From Octopus sinensis (taxonomy: Eukaryota), in contig NC_043000.1 of NCBI RefSeq assembly GCF_006345805.1, positions 59,024,001 through 59,088,000 on the forward strand: a DNA stretch of 64,000 nt, written 5' to 3'. Position 1 is the stretch's first letter. Every line of letters starts with the position of its first letter. Below, piece after piece: positions 51,118 through 63,926 of this stretch. The position numbers were made by a program, and so were the translations under genes. The notes below the pieces were generated by a model that was not told where the DNA came from, did no database searches, and was given only the letters and a program-made list of their open reading frames with translations.

Positions 51118-51219
51118 AGTTTGCACAACACCAGTATCTGTCATGACTGTGAAATTGCTTGGCATGAAGGCATGCCAAGCAATTTCACAGTCATGACAGA
51201 TACTGGTGTTGTGCAAACT
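51118..51219. repeat. Perfect hairpin, 49-bp arms and 4-nt loop
   Basis: 51118-51166 is the exact reverse complement of 51171-51219; the loop is aagg. Confidence 0.95.
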
Positions 51220-52355
51220 GGCACCTGTACCAGTGGCATGTAAATGCACCCTGGTGTCACGCAAATGGCATCTGTGCTGGTGGCATGTAAAAGCACCCAT
51301 TACATTCTCGGAATGGTTGGTGTTAGGAAGGGCATCCAACTGTAGAAAACCATGCCAAATCAATCTGGAGTCTTTTGCAGCCTTCCAGAATGCCAGCCCA
51401 GTAAAACTGTCCATCCATGCCATCATGGACAACAGACATTAAATGATGATGATGATATGTTTGCGTGTCTATTTGTTCCCCGAACATCACTTGGCAACCG
51501 ATGTTAGTGTGTTTACGTCCCCGTAACTTAGCAGTTTGGCAAAAGAGAACAATAAGAGAACAACGAATAAGTCCTGGGGTTGATTTGTTCAACTGAAGGT
51601 TGTGCTCCAGCATGGCCTCAGTTAAATGACTGAAGCAAGTAAAAGAATAACTTGAAATATCATTTACATTCATACTTGGTTTTTAGCTATAAGCGAAATG
51701 TGAAATACATAATTATACCATCAAATTTTATAAAATACTTAAGGGACAAATATTTTTCTGCAATAGCAGAAAACATTTTGAAAAATATATCATTTGCAAT
51801 AGTTTTTATCTCATGAAGTCCATCTCTATGTCTTAAATTATTACATTTTTTTTAAAATACTTGGTTTTAAATCCTTGCTCAGACTTTTTGTCCATCATTA
51901 CTTACAAAAAAAAAACTAACTAAAAAACAATTTATATATTAGTATTTTGGTAATTTTTTGGTGGATACAAATTTTCACTTGAATAAGTATATTCACAATT
52001 ACAATTCATTTGTAAACCAGTACACTGCTCTTTCTCTTCAAAATTGAACTCTTTAGCATTTAAATTGGCCACATCCAGCCCAAATATTCTTCATGTTTTA
52101 AGTTCAAATTGTCTATATCTGATTTCTTACACCTACCTTACAATGTCATTCTAAAAAATAAACAATTACATCATCAAAGTCTTAAAGCTCCAAGGTAATG
52201 ATTAATTCACAACAATGTGAATAAATAAGCATTACATTTGACAGAGTAAACTGAATGCTAAAGAGTTCCAGTTCATATTTATTGTTAGAATTCATTTAGT
52301 AAAATTCTGTAAATGAACTTAATCATCAATTTGCTGCTTTCTGTTTCTATTTCAG

Positions 52356-52493
52356 GCAATCTGTGAGTTATTTAGGAAAGCACTTAGAGTTCTCATGGAT
52401 GGATTTGCTCCAATAGCACAAGACACATTCCAGATATTGATTCACATATGTCACACTTTTCCTCATTCTTGCATCCTTAGCTTGGCAAAACAT
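52356..52493 (+). CDS. IPO13: IPO13 exon 21
   Basis: AICELFRKALRVLMDGFAPIAQ...ILSLAKH; phase 0-0. Confidence 0.95.
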
Positions 52494-53232
52494 GTAAGTG
52501 TTTGTGTAGTTCCATTCATATCAACAACTTTCTTATATAAATTTGTTTAAATATTGTTAATTTAATTTTGCAGAAACTTTCACATGATGGAATCTAGAAA
52601 ATGTATCAAATAGATATTTATTTATTTATTTTTATTGCATAGATGGGACAGGGATTTTTTGCCCTTGCAGATTTCAATATTGACATAGGAATTATCTGAA
52701 TGTTTGATGTAATAGAATTATTTAGCAAGGCGGCAAACTGGCAGGAATGTTAGCACACTGGGCGAAATGCTTTGTGGTATTTCATCTGCCGTTACGTTCT
52801 GATTTCAAATTCCACCAAGGTCAACTTTGCCTTTCATCCTTGTACGCACAGGGGTCGATATAATCGACTTAATCCATTTGTCTCTCCTTGTTTGTCCCCT
52901 CTCTGTGTAGCCCCTTGTGGGCAGTAAAGAAATAAGAATTATTTATTTAGTTGAAAAATATTCCACAACTACATAACCATGGTTCTTAAAATGTGCACCA
53001 CCTATTTAATAATGGTGTGGCCAAGATGGATAGAGCAAGCAAATGCATCTGCTATTTCTTTAAAAGAAGTGAAAACTAATGGAAGATATCTTATGAAAAT
53101 GTAAATAAATCATGGAATAAAAGTAGAGGCCTTTTTCTTCCTCAAGTTTGCATCTTTTGGCTGAATTTTTTTTCACAGTTTGCTCATGGTTGGACACATT
53201 TTAAAATGTTGCTTATTTTGTTTCTGTTGTAG

Positions 53233-53329
53233 ATAATTTTAATGTTCCATCATAATGAAAGTCTCAAATCTTCAGTCAAAGAACTTTTAGCAGTTCTTAC
53301 TTCTCAAAGCCTGGCACTATTGCAAATTG
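53233..53329 (+). CDS. IPO13: IPO13 exon 22
   Basis: IILMFHHNESLKSSVKELLAVLTSQSLALLQI; phase 0-1. Confidence 0.9.
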
Positions 53330-53831
53330 GTAAGTACAATTATTTTGTTGCTTTGTCTTCAATGTAATTTATTCAGTTGTATTTAAGTAACTCTTTAAAT
53401 GGGAAGATGTTTTTTTCTAATAAGATTTTAATTTATTTAATTACTTCCAAATTTGCTGACAAATATATTGAAACAAAAATTCATCTTTCTATATTAACAA
53501 AGAAAATGTAAGGGAAAAATTATTCTGATTAAGTAGCATCTGTTTGTGAGTAGATTCCTCTTTTCCTTAACTTTCAGAGCCATATAGGAAGGTTACTCTG
53601 AAAACTGCTATAAGCTAATATTATATTGTTACATAAGAAAAACGACCACAGACTAAATGCTTGGGATTAATGAGAGTATATTCAGTTTAAATATCTTGGC
53701 ACTATAATGTTAAGAGCAAAACAATTTTTACACTTTTAAAAAATGTAGCATTTTTGAGGCAAAAATTACTGTATGTCAAATGTGATGTTCCATTTTTAGC
53801 TTAAAATGTAATTACTAAGAATTGTTTTCAG

Positions 53832-53884
53832 AATTTCGAGAGCATACTGATATTGTTGAAGGTCTTATGAATCTTTGGGCTCAG
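53832..53884 (+). CDS. IPO13: IPO13 exon 23
   Basis: (E)FREHTDIVEGLMNLWAQ; phase 1-0. Confidence 0.95.
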
Positions 53885-54358
53885 GTAATTTATTTTTACA
53901 GATATTTATAATTGAAATTTTCTATTTAGAAATATTAAACTGAAAATATATTAATCAATATGTAAAATTTATATATCTCATTTAGTGTGGTTAGCAACTC
54001 ATAAATAATTTCTACTCAGAGAAAATGACATGAAACAAAGTTGTTTATCTTATGAAACACATTCAATATTGCTGTGAAGATTATTTTGGATTGGAAATTA
54101 AGATGATTAAAGTTTGAAGTCATGAACATCATTTGTTTTATGTCTGATTGTCCATGTAATCAAGGCTTAAATGGAATTGGTTTTGAGGATGGATTTTACA
54201 GTCAGATGCTCTTCCTGTTACTCACCCTCACCTGTATTTTAGATAAGGGATTTTCATTTAAATGCAACATGACTGATGATAATGCTAAAATCACCACTTT
54301 GCCTGATAAGTGAAGTATCAATATTTATGCTTATTTGCTCACACACACACACATGTGT

Positions 54359-54396
<38 letters not shown>

Positions 54397-54398
54397 AT

Positions 54399-54430
<32 letters not shown>

Positions 54431-54844
54431 CTCTCTCTTTTATTTGCTTCAGTCATTTGACTGCAGCCATGCTGGAGCACTGCCTTTAGTTGCGCAAATC
54501 GACCTTGGGACTTATTCTTTGTAAGCCCAGTACTTTTTCTATCTGTCTCTTTTGCCAAACTGCTAAGTTATGGGGACATAAACACACCAGCATCGGTTGT
54601 CAAGCAATGCTAGGGGGACAAACACAGACACACAAACATACACACACACGCATATATATACATATATACGACAGGCTTCTTTGAATTTCTGTCTACCAAA
54701 TCCACTCACAAGGCTGAACCTGGGACTGAACCATGTGATTGGTAAGCAAGCTACTTACCACACAGCCACTCCTAAAAAAATTATTTTCAGAATGAGATCA
54801 AAAAACCAAGGCTGTGAAGATTTTTAAACATTTGTAAATAGGAG

Positions 54845-54892
54845 GTCTTACAGCTGTATCCAGGATATTTATTATATTCCTTCATCAGAGAC
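54845..54892 (-). ncRNA. Degenerate Penelope-type hammerhead motif
   Basis: Reverse complement reads gtct-CTGATGA-agga atataataaata tcct g-GATAC-agct-GTA-agac. GAAA is mutated and there is one extra base. Confidence 0.5.
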
Positions 54893-55203
54893 AATGTGAG
54901 GAAACAGTTAAGCATTTATGGTCTATCCATAGCACTTACTCAGCATTACCTGATACCTTTGGGTCTTATTGACACCATTACCTCTCATAATCTCCCTCTG
55001 TCTGTCTGTCTGTCTCTCTCTCTATATATATATATATATGACTGTGTGGAAAGAAGTTTTTTCTGTCCTAAGGATATTTACCCAAGTGTACACAAGTTTA
55101 GCTCCATATCAATTCCATATGTGCATATGTACTAGTGCTTATCAGTTGGATTTTTTTCCGATAATTAGTGCCTTACACTCTTGAAGTTGTCCATATTTTG
55201 ATC

Positions 55204-55695
55204 TGGGAGCTCCTCTGTGCTGATGACCTTGCTCTAATAGCCAAGTCACTGCCAGAACTAGAGATGAAGTTTAGGGTTTGGAAGCAAGGTCTAGAATTGA
55301 TGGGCCTTAGGGTTAACCTAGCAAAAACCAAAGTCTTAGTAAGTAGGAAGGCTGACAAATCACAAACCCCTTCAGGTAGATGGCCTTACTCGATCTGTAG
55401 AAAAGGCATGGGTGGAAAGTCCATATGATGTACCTGGTGTAAGCTATGGACACATAAAAGGTGCAGCAATATCAAAGGAAGGTTAACCGGGAAGATAGTT
55501 TTTGTGTGTGACAGATGCACAGGGCCAATAAACACTGAAGGTGTACAGAAAACAGATTCCATCACATGTCATGGGAAGAAACTAGAAGCAGTTAATAGCT
55601 TCTGCTACCTAGGCCACCAAGTCTGTTGTGGGGATGGTTGCTCTGAGAGTGTAGTGGCTAGAATAAGAATAACCTGTGCAAAGTTCAGTGAGAGT
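55204..55695 (+). mobile_element. RTE LINE RT C-terminal fragment
   Basis: WELLCADDLALIA...WKQGLELMGLRVNLAKTKV...FCYLG. Confidence 0.85.
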
Positions 55696-55815
55696 TACAT
55701 CATGTGTTATAGAATAAGTACTAGGCTTACAAAGACTAAGTCCTGGGGTCGATTTGCTTGACTAAAGGCAGTGCTCCAGCATGGTCACAGTCAAATGACT
55801 GAAACAAGTAAAAGA

Positions 55816-55865
<50 letters not shown>

Positions 55866-56036
55866 TATATATACAAATCGTCCAACCCATGCCAGCATGA
55901 AAAGCGGATGTTAAACGATGATGATGATGATATATACATGTATATATTATAGTATATGTATATATATGTTTGTGTGTGTGTGTCTGTTTGTATATGATGT
56001 ATATATTTATATGTATATATATATATGATGTATATA

Positions 56037-56097
<61 letters not shown>

Positions 56098-57474
56098 ATA
56101 TATATTTATATATATGTATATATATGAGATATATATATATATTTGTTGTTTTTTTTTTTGTAATTTCTGTTCAGAGCTGTGGCCATGGTGGAGCACCACC
56201 GTTTTGCTACACTGTTATTACTGAGATCCTCCTCTAATATGTGGTAGTTGGTGAAGAATGAAGTTTCATGGAGCTACCCTCATTTGCACCTCTTTTTGTG
56301 AGGTAGATTCATCTGGTACTCTCAACAGGAAGAAATGCAGCCTTGATTTAAAAATGGTTACATTTGCTTTGTGCAGCTTCCTCAGGCTCTTTGGGAGAAT
56401 ATAAAAAATCTGTGGGCCCATGTGTGTGTCTGTATTTGTACCCCCCCCCACCGTCACTTAACAACCAATGTTGCTGTGCTTACATCCCCAAAACTTAGCT
56501 GTTTAGGAAAACACTCCAGTAGAGTAAGTACTAGGCTTACAAAGAATAAATCATGGGGTTGATTTCTTCAGCTAAAGGGGATGCTCCAGCATGTCTGCAA
56601 TCACATGAACGAAACAAGTAAAACAATAAAAAACTATGCTCTTTTAATCCCGAGCAATGCTGGTTATCTGTGCTAGTAATAAATATATTGGTTATTGTAG
56701 ACATTCTCCATTTTCTTTGTGTTGTTTTATATATATATATATATATATATAAAGGGTTTAATATACTTAGCACTTAACACATTCACTCTCAAGGCATTGG
56801 TTGGTGACAGTTGAAGACACTTGCTCAAGATGCTGTACAGAAGAGAGCTTGAAATCATGTGGTCGGAAAGCAAACTTAGCCACACAGCCATTCCTGTGTG
56901 TTGACTATCATAATCTAAAAGTATAAATTTACTGATATTCTTATCAAGCTTAATATTCTTGATTCACATGCTTTTTGAATTTAGACAAGACACCTGTTTA
57001 TTTTGAATTTGGTAATAGTTTGACGAGAACTTAAGTTAGCGATGCCTTTTACCATACTGCATGTGATATAATTTATTTTATATATGTAAATATTCTCAGT
57101 CTTGTTATGACAGTTGTTTTTATTTAAAATTAAAGTCAATGAGAGCATGTAATTATAAATCAGACTATTACAGTTGTGTTTGTTTAGAATATCTTCAGGC
57201 CCAGTATAAAAGTAAAAAAATATCTTTAACCAGAATCAGTCTTTACAGCAAGATTAAGTATGTTTTTGAATACATAATGTACAAGGAAATACATACTCAA
57301 ACTCATTCCATCTGACTTGTAGTTTTGGACAGAAAGTTGAAGTAGAAGAGAAACCTCAATTAATTTCCCATTTAATTCTCAAAAATGTTAACTGTCACAA
57401 AAAGCAATTGGCAGATTTTTGTCAACTATTATAACATACTTTTTCATTTCGTATTTTGTTTTACTTCATTTTAG

Positions 57475-57544
57475 GTAATCAAAAAGTCTCGTCATTTGAT
57501 TTGTGAACAAGGAAATTTTGACATTGACAGTCTATTTCAAACGG
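57475..57544 (+). CDS. IPO13: IPO13 exon 24
   Basis: VIKKSRHLICEQGNFDIDSLFQT; phase 0-1. Confidence 0.9.
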
Positions 57545-58814
57545 GTAAATAATCTTATTGAAATTATTATGAAAGTTAATATTACTTATGAAGGAATACG
57601 CAATAAAATCCATACAGTGCATGAACAACAGTTTGCCATTATAATCCTACTTGTACTTTACTTAGTTCACTAAGTTTGAGATTTTTGAAGAAAAAAATGC
57701 AAAATTAGGCAGCACGCTGGCAGAATCGTTAGTACATCCAGTGAAATGCTTGGCAGTATTTTGTATTCATGTTCTGAGTTCAAATTCCGCCAAGGTTGAC
57801 TTTGCCTTCCATTCTTTTGGGGTCCATAAAATAAGTACCAGCTCAGTACTGGAGTCGATGTAATCAACTATCTCCCTCCCCTCAAATTTCAAGCCTTGTG
57901 TCTATAGCAGAAAGAATATATTTTTAAAATTATATATTATTATTATAATAATACATATTTTTATTATATATATAATTTTTACACTGTATTGAAGCTGATT
58001 TCACAGAGTAGAAAGTGATTTTGGGGAAATCCAGTGATTTGCTGCTTGAGTCAACTTATCTGACTTTATTGTCAACTCCTTGTTCATATCATTGTATTGA
58101 TTTGATTATCAGGTGTTATTATACACTGCTGGTCACAAAACCCTTACATTGTTGTAACTTTTGAATGATGCCACCCTACCAACATTACTTCTGAGCAGAA
58201 CGCCAATCTGTTGCAGGGTTACTCATTTACAGCTGAGTGGACTGGACCAACGTGAATTGAAGTGTTCCACTCAAAAACACCTTGCACTGCTGGTCTTGGA
58301 ACTGAAACCACAATCTTGTGATAGTGAGTGCAACATCTTAACCACTGGGTCATGTGGCCTCACTTCTTGTCCATATATGAATTAATGATAAGAACAACAT
58401 CTAAGATAAAAAAATATATATACTTGCTTAAACAACTTGCAACTGTCAAAGTTTTTCAGAAGCCAACACACTCATATTAACTTGGGAAAAATGTGAAGAA
58501 AAAAACAAAAGAAACCAACTTTGAGCTACTAAATGGCATCATCATCAACATTTAGCATCTACTTTCCATGCTGGCATGGGTTGGACAGTTTGACTGAAAC
58601 TGGTAAGCTGCATCAGATTCCCATCTGATTTGGCAAGGTTTCTATGGCTGGATGCAAATATAATTTGTAATGGCAGTTTCAACTATAGATTATAATATAA
58701 ATCATGAATTTGTTTGTATCTGAATACATTCAAAGGTTATTTTTTATTATTCATATTTATTTGACATAATTTATAATTTTATTTTTAAATTGACCATTGT
58801 TCATATATTTTCAG

Positions 58815-58873
58815 CTGTTCTTGGTCTTAGTCTTCCTGAAAATTTCACTGTTAAAGCATCATCTTATTTTTTA
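58815..58873 (+). CDS. IPO13: IPO13 exon 25
   Basis: (A)VLGLSLPENFTVKASSYFL; phase 1-0. Confidence 0.95.
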
Positions 58874-59209
58874 GTAAGTATTTTTACATTCCTTTTTTTT
58901 TTTTTTTTGAAATCCACCAAATCAGTTAAATGTCTATTAATGCATCAATAGCTAGTTCATGAGTGTGTTAATAATCTTAATTTACAAAAATAACAGTTCC
59001 TACGTTGAAATCAAGATGTACACATCCAGGAATATGACATGTGATGGTAGAGATCAAACCAATTAAAACTATGTATAGATATATATATATTTTTAAAAAA
59101 TCACTTCATGTCTAAAAATGATATTGACATACTGAAAAATTATAATCTTATTTACGGAGATGTACCTGCATAGCAAGTGATTTGATCTGAGATCGTGTGC
59201 TGAAACGAA

Positions 59210-59332
59210 AACAATTGCAGCGTGGAAGGTGTTTGTAAGCCATTTAAGAAACACGCAAAAGCCGTTCGATTCACTTCAACATTTAAGTTTAATCTTAAAT
59301 GGCTTACAAACACCTTCCACGCTGCAATTGTT
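59210..59332. repeat. Perfect 40-bp inverted repeat with a 43-bp spacer
   Basis: 59210-59249 is the exact reverse complement of 59293-59332. Confidence 0.95.
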
Positions 59333-59859
59333 ATAATCTTATTGTTGTCATTTTAGCATCTACTTTTCCATACTCACATTGGTCAGACAGAATTCAATGA
59401 GGTAAATTTTCTACAACTGGATGCCCTTTCTGTCACCAACTTTCACCTGTTTCTAAGCAGGGTAATATTTCCCAATGCCAGAAAATGTTTTCATGGAGAA
59501 CTGGAAATGAAAGACACCACTTGTATGTTGATGATGTTCATTTACGACCATTGTGTGGTGTCAAGACACGGAGACACAACCACATACTCATATATATGTA
59601 CATGTACACCCACCATATATATATATGCATGTATAAGGGCAGCAAACTGGCAGAATTGTTAGCACACTGGACGAAATGCTTAGCGGTATTTCATCTGCCA
59701 TTACGTTCTGAGTTCAAATTTCGCTGAGGTTGACTTTGCTTTTCATCCTTTTTGGGGTTGATTAAATAAGTACCAGTTATGCACTGGGGTCAATGTAATC
59801 AACTTCATCCCATTGTCCTTGTTTGTCCCCTCTATGTTTAGCCCCCTGTGAGCAATAAG

Positions 59860-59910
<51 letters not shown>

Positions 59911-60083
59911 CCCTACCTGGGACATAGTCAGTCCACCTGTGCATACCTTCCTTCTTGTGACACTTGTGAAGACCTGTTGAGGCAAGTGAGAATCGAATCA
60001 AATCAAATCGAACCAAATCAAAATAGATGAACATCAATGGAATTTGTATCCTTGTGGTACCAGTGCCGGTGGCACATAAGAAA

Positions 60084-60350
60084 ACCATCCGAACATGACC
60101 GTAGCCAGTACCGCAACGACTGGCCTCCGTGCTGAGGGCACGTAACAAACACCATCCGAGCGTATCCGAGCGTGGCCGTCCGCCAGCCTTGTCTGGCACC
60201 TGTGTCGGTGACACATAAGAAAACACCATCCGAGCGTGGCCGTCCGCCAGGCTCGTCTGGCACCTGTGTCGGTGACACATAAAAAACACCATCCGAGCGT
60301 GGCCGTCTGCCAGCCTCGTCTGGCACCTGTGTCGGTGGCACATAAAATCA
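60084..60350 (+). repeat. Minisatellite (about 63-64 bp units) inside a family D element
   Basis: Three near-identical ccatccgagcgtggccgtccgccagcctcgtctggcacctgtgtcggtgacacataaaaaaca units plus diverged ones. Confidence 0.9.
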
Positions 60351-60531
60351 CCCACTACACTCTCGGAGTGGTTGGCGTTAGGAAGGGCATCCAGCTGTAG
60401 AAACACTGCCAGATCTGACTGGCCTGGTGCAGCCTTCGGGCTTGCCAGACCCCAGTTGAACCGTCCAACCCATGCTAGCATGGAAAGCGGACGTTAAACG
60501 ATGATGATGATATATATACATACATACATTA

Positions 60532-60700
60532 GGCGTGGCTGTGTGGTAAGAAGCTTCCCAACCACATGGTTCCGGGTTCAGTCCCACTATGACACATTGG
60601 CCAAGTGTCTCTTCTGCCATGGCCTTGGGCCAACTAAAGCTTTGTGAGTGGATTTAATAGACAGAAGAAACTGAGAGAAGCCTGTTATATGTGTGTGTCT
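60532..60700 (+). mobile_element. tRNA-derived CORE-type SINE family B, representative copy
   Basis: ggcgtggctgtgtggtaagaagctt...ggttccgggttcagtcccact head and an accttgggcaagtgtcttct-like CORE segment. Other copies at about 6850-7060(-), 19180-19320(-), 30256-30410(-), 33058-33235(+), 50402-50555(+) and 61589-61760(-). Confidence 0.85.
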
Positions 60701-62970
60701 GTGTTTGTCCTCCCACCATTACTTGACGACCGATATTGGTGTATTCAAGTACCCATAACTTAGTGGTTTAGTGAAAATGACTGATAAAACAAGCACTACG
60801 GTTACAAAGAATACGTCCTGGGCTTGATTTCTTTGACCAAAAAAGATGGTGCTCCAGCATGGTTTCAGTAAAAAATGACTGAAACAAGTAAAAGTATAAA
60901 AGAATAAATATATATATATATACAGACAATAGACGTCTTTCAGTTTCTTACTGAAGCCACTCATAAGGCTTTGTTCAGCCTGGGGCTATTGGTAGAAGAC
61001 ACTCACCCATGGTGCCACATAGTGGAGCTGGGCCTGAAACCATGTGGTTGAGAAGCAATCTTTTTAGCCACATGGCCAATACTATACCTGCATAAAAGTA
61101 TGAATCATGGCATCATTCTGATGTATAGAGATTAGTACTCTTATCACTGTCATCATTTCATTTTTTTTTCTTTACTTGTTTCCGTTATTTGACTATGGCC
61201 ATGCTGGAGCGCCGCCATTAGTCAAACAAATCAACCCCAGAACTTATTCTTTGTAAGCATAGTACTTATTCTATTGGTCTCTTTCGCTGAACTGCTAAGT
61301 TACCGGGATGTAAACAGACCAATATCATATGTCAAGCGATGGTGGTGGGACAAACACAGACACACAAATGTATACACACACACACAGACATACATATATA
61401 TATCTCTTTTACTTGTTTCAGTCATTTGACTGCGGCCATGCTGGAGCACCGCCTTTAGTCGAGCAAATCGACCCCGGGACTTATTCTATCAGTCTCTTTT
61501 GCTGAACCGCTAAGTGACGGGGACGTAAACACACCAGCATCGGTTGTCAGGCAATGCTAGGGGGACAAACACAGACACACAAACATATATAAATATATAC
61601 GACAGGCTTCTTTCAGTTTCCGTCTACCAAATCCACTCACAAGGCATTGGTCAGCCCAGGGCTATAGCAGAAGACACTTGCCCAAGATGCCACACAGTGG
61701 GACTGAACCCGGAACCATGTGGTTGGTAAGCAAGCTACTTACCACACAGCCACTCCTGCGTCATTGTTTACTTTTCCATGCTTGCATGGATCAGAGTTCA
61801 CTGAGGTAAACTTTCTATGCCCAACTGCCCTTCCTGTCGCCAACCCTGTAAATGTTTTATTTTTTAAATATTGAATGCATGGTTTGGATGAGATTTCTTC
61901 AGGTAGAATTTTAAGTAAGGTACTTTCTTTCACTTGTCTTTGCATGTCAAACTACAGGACATATTGTTTATGTAATCCACAGGCATGACTTCTGGACAAG
62001 CAGTCTCAATTCAGACACATGCATATTTGTATATTAACATGTCTTGGTTCACCAAATAACAAAGCATTGGTAGGACCGAGGCTATAATAGAAAGCATTTG
62101 CTTAATTTACTAAGCAGTGAGATCGAACCTGAAACCATTTAGTTGATGACAGGCTTCTATACAGTTTCTTATTTCTTTATTGTCCACAAGGGGACAAACA
62201 AGGACAGACAAAGGTATTAAGTTGATTACATCAACCCCAGTGCATAACTGCTTCTTAATTTATTGACCCTGAAAGGATGAAAGGCAAAGTCAACCTCGTG
62301 GAATTTGAACTCAGAACGTAACGGAAGACGAAATACCTATTTCTTTACTACCCACAATGGGCTAAACACAGAGGGGACAAACAAGTACAGACAAATTGAT
62401 TAAGTCGATTACATCGACCCCAGTGCGTAACTGGTACTTAATTTATCGACCCCAAAAGGATGAAAGGCAAAGTTGACCTCGGCGGAATTTGAACTCAGAA
62501 CGTAACGGCAGACGAAATACCGCTAAGCATTTCGCCCGGCGTGCTAACGTTTCTGTCTGCTAAATTTCACTTTTGAATCATTTAGTCAGCACAAGGTTAA
62601 TTTAGAAGACATTTGCCCCTGGTGAATACACACTGCGAGAGAACCAGCTACATACCTTTGTCCACGATATATATCATACTGGTGGAAAAATCTAAAATAA
62701 ATAATAGGAATCATTTCTTTACTGATATTCTAAAATCACCTTTGTAGTGCTTTCTCATGAAGGGAGCTGGTGCCATGTAAAAAGTACCCAATACATTCTG
62801 TAAAGTGGTCAGCATTAGAAAGGGCATCCAGCTATAGAAACAAAGCCAAAACAGCTATAAATCCTTGTATTAGCACATGTCAAACCGTCCAACCCATGCC
62901 AGCATGGAAAACGGATGTTAAATGATGATGATGAACTTTACCTAAAAAGTTGTTTTTTTATCATTTGCAG

Positions 62971-63060
62971 CAAGAATTCTTTAGTTTTGCATGTGAAGTA
63001 CCCTGGGTAAAATGTGTTATACAAAAGTATAGCAGTAACTTAATTGGACAGCTGCTAAAG
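62971..63060 (+). CDS. IPO13: IPO13 exon 26
   Basis: QEFFSFACEVPWVKCVIQKYSSNLIGQLLK; phase 0-0; GTGAGT donor. Confidence 0.9.
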
Positions 63061-63926
63061 GTGAGTGACAAAAAATATAGATCTCCATTTAAAGTAAGAC
63101 AACCATGTATTCCAACTCGTATACGAAAACAGTTTTTAACTTTGATCTTATGACAATTGTATGCTAAAATAACTTTTCAGTTTCATAAATTCTTGGCCAT
63201 CATATTTATATTCAGTGAAGTAATAATTCTAAAATCTCCAGGTAGTTAACAATGGTGGTTAAGCTGTATACTTTACAACAGCATGGTTCCATTTTCAATT
63301 CCATAAGCTACTTCCTTGTATCATAGCCTTTGCTCAATCAAAATCTTGTGAGTGAAGCCTGTCTGTCAGAATCGGTGTAGAATCCCATAAGGAGGTCTAA
63401 TGTTTAGGAGAGCAAACATCCAGTCAAAAGGTTAGTAGTATATGGTTATGGAACTGTAGAACTTTCAAAATGGCTCAGTTCACCTAACTGTAAATTGATA
63501 CCAAATTTAATTACTAATGTGCCAAAAGAGTTCTATATAAACCATTGTCATAATGTACCAGTGAAGCCTTATGAATATGAGTGTTCTTTGGAAACACCAG
63601 AAGTGAGATTTAACCTGATAGTTCCATTCTTAATAAAGTTTAGTTATATCTGATTCATTCTATAAACATAATGTAATCTTTTATAATTAGGAATGAAAAA
63701 TTAGTCAGAAGTTTCAATGCAAATAAAGTTTTGTTTAATTTAAATGCTTATTTTACAAGTTTCAATTTTCCAGCTTAGCAGAGAATGTCAAATTTTTGCT
63801 ACTGCAAATGCATGAACATTACAAGATCTTATTGCTTTTGTTTTACAAATGTGAGTCATCATACTTTATCAGATTATCTAATTACATCATTAAAATGCAC
63901 TGAAAAATTGGTGTGATGTATTTCAG

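Noticed and set aside
31590-55230. RTE fragments ending at ...FKTGCP (31603) and beginning at WELLCADD (55204) look like two halves of one element
   Set aside because: Fourteen correctly ordered IPO13 exons lie between them. Independent truncations at a microhomology are more plausible.
59187-59210. ctgaga...gaaac as a further hammerhead
   Set aside because: The core is one base short of CUGANGA, and no convincing helices I-III were found.
59777-60481. 234-aa repetitive ORF and CRISPR-like periodicity
   Set aside because: This is the translation of a minisatellite inside a SINE-like element. There are no unique spacers or cas genes, and the context is eukaryotic.
60532-60600. tRNA-like A/B-box heads as tRNA genes
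   Set aside because: These are heads of multi-copy SINEs followed by CORE or tail sequence. No complete cloverleaf was supported.
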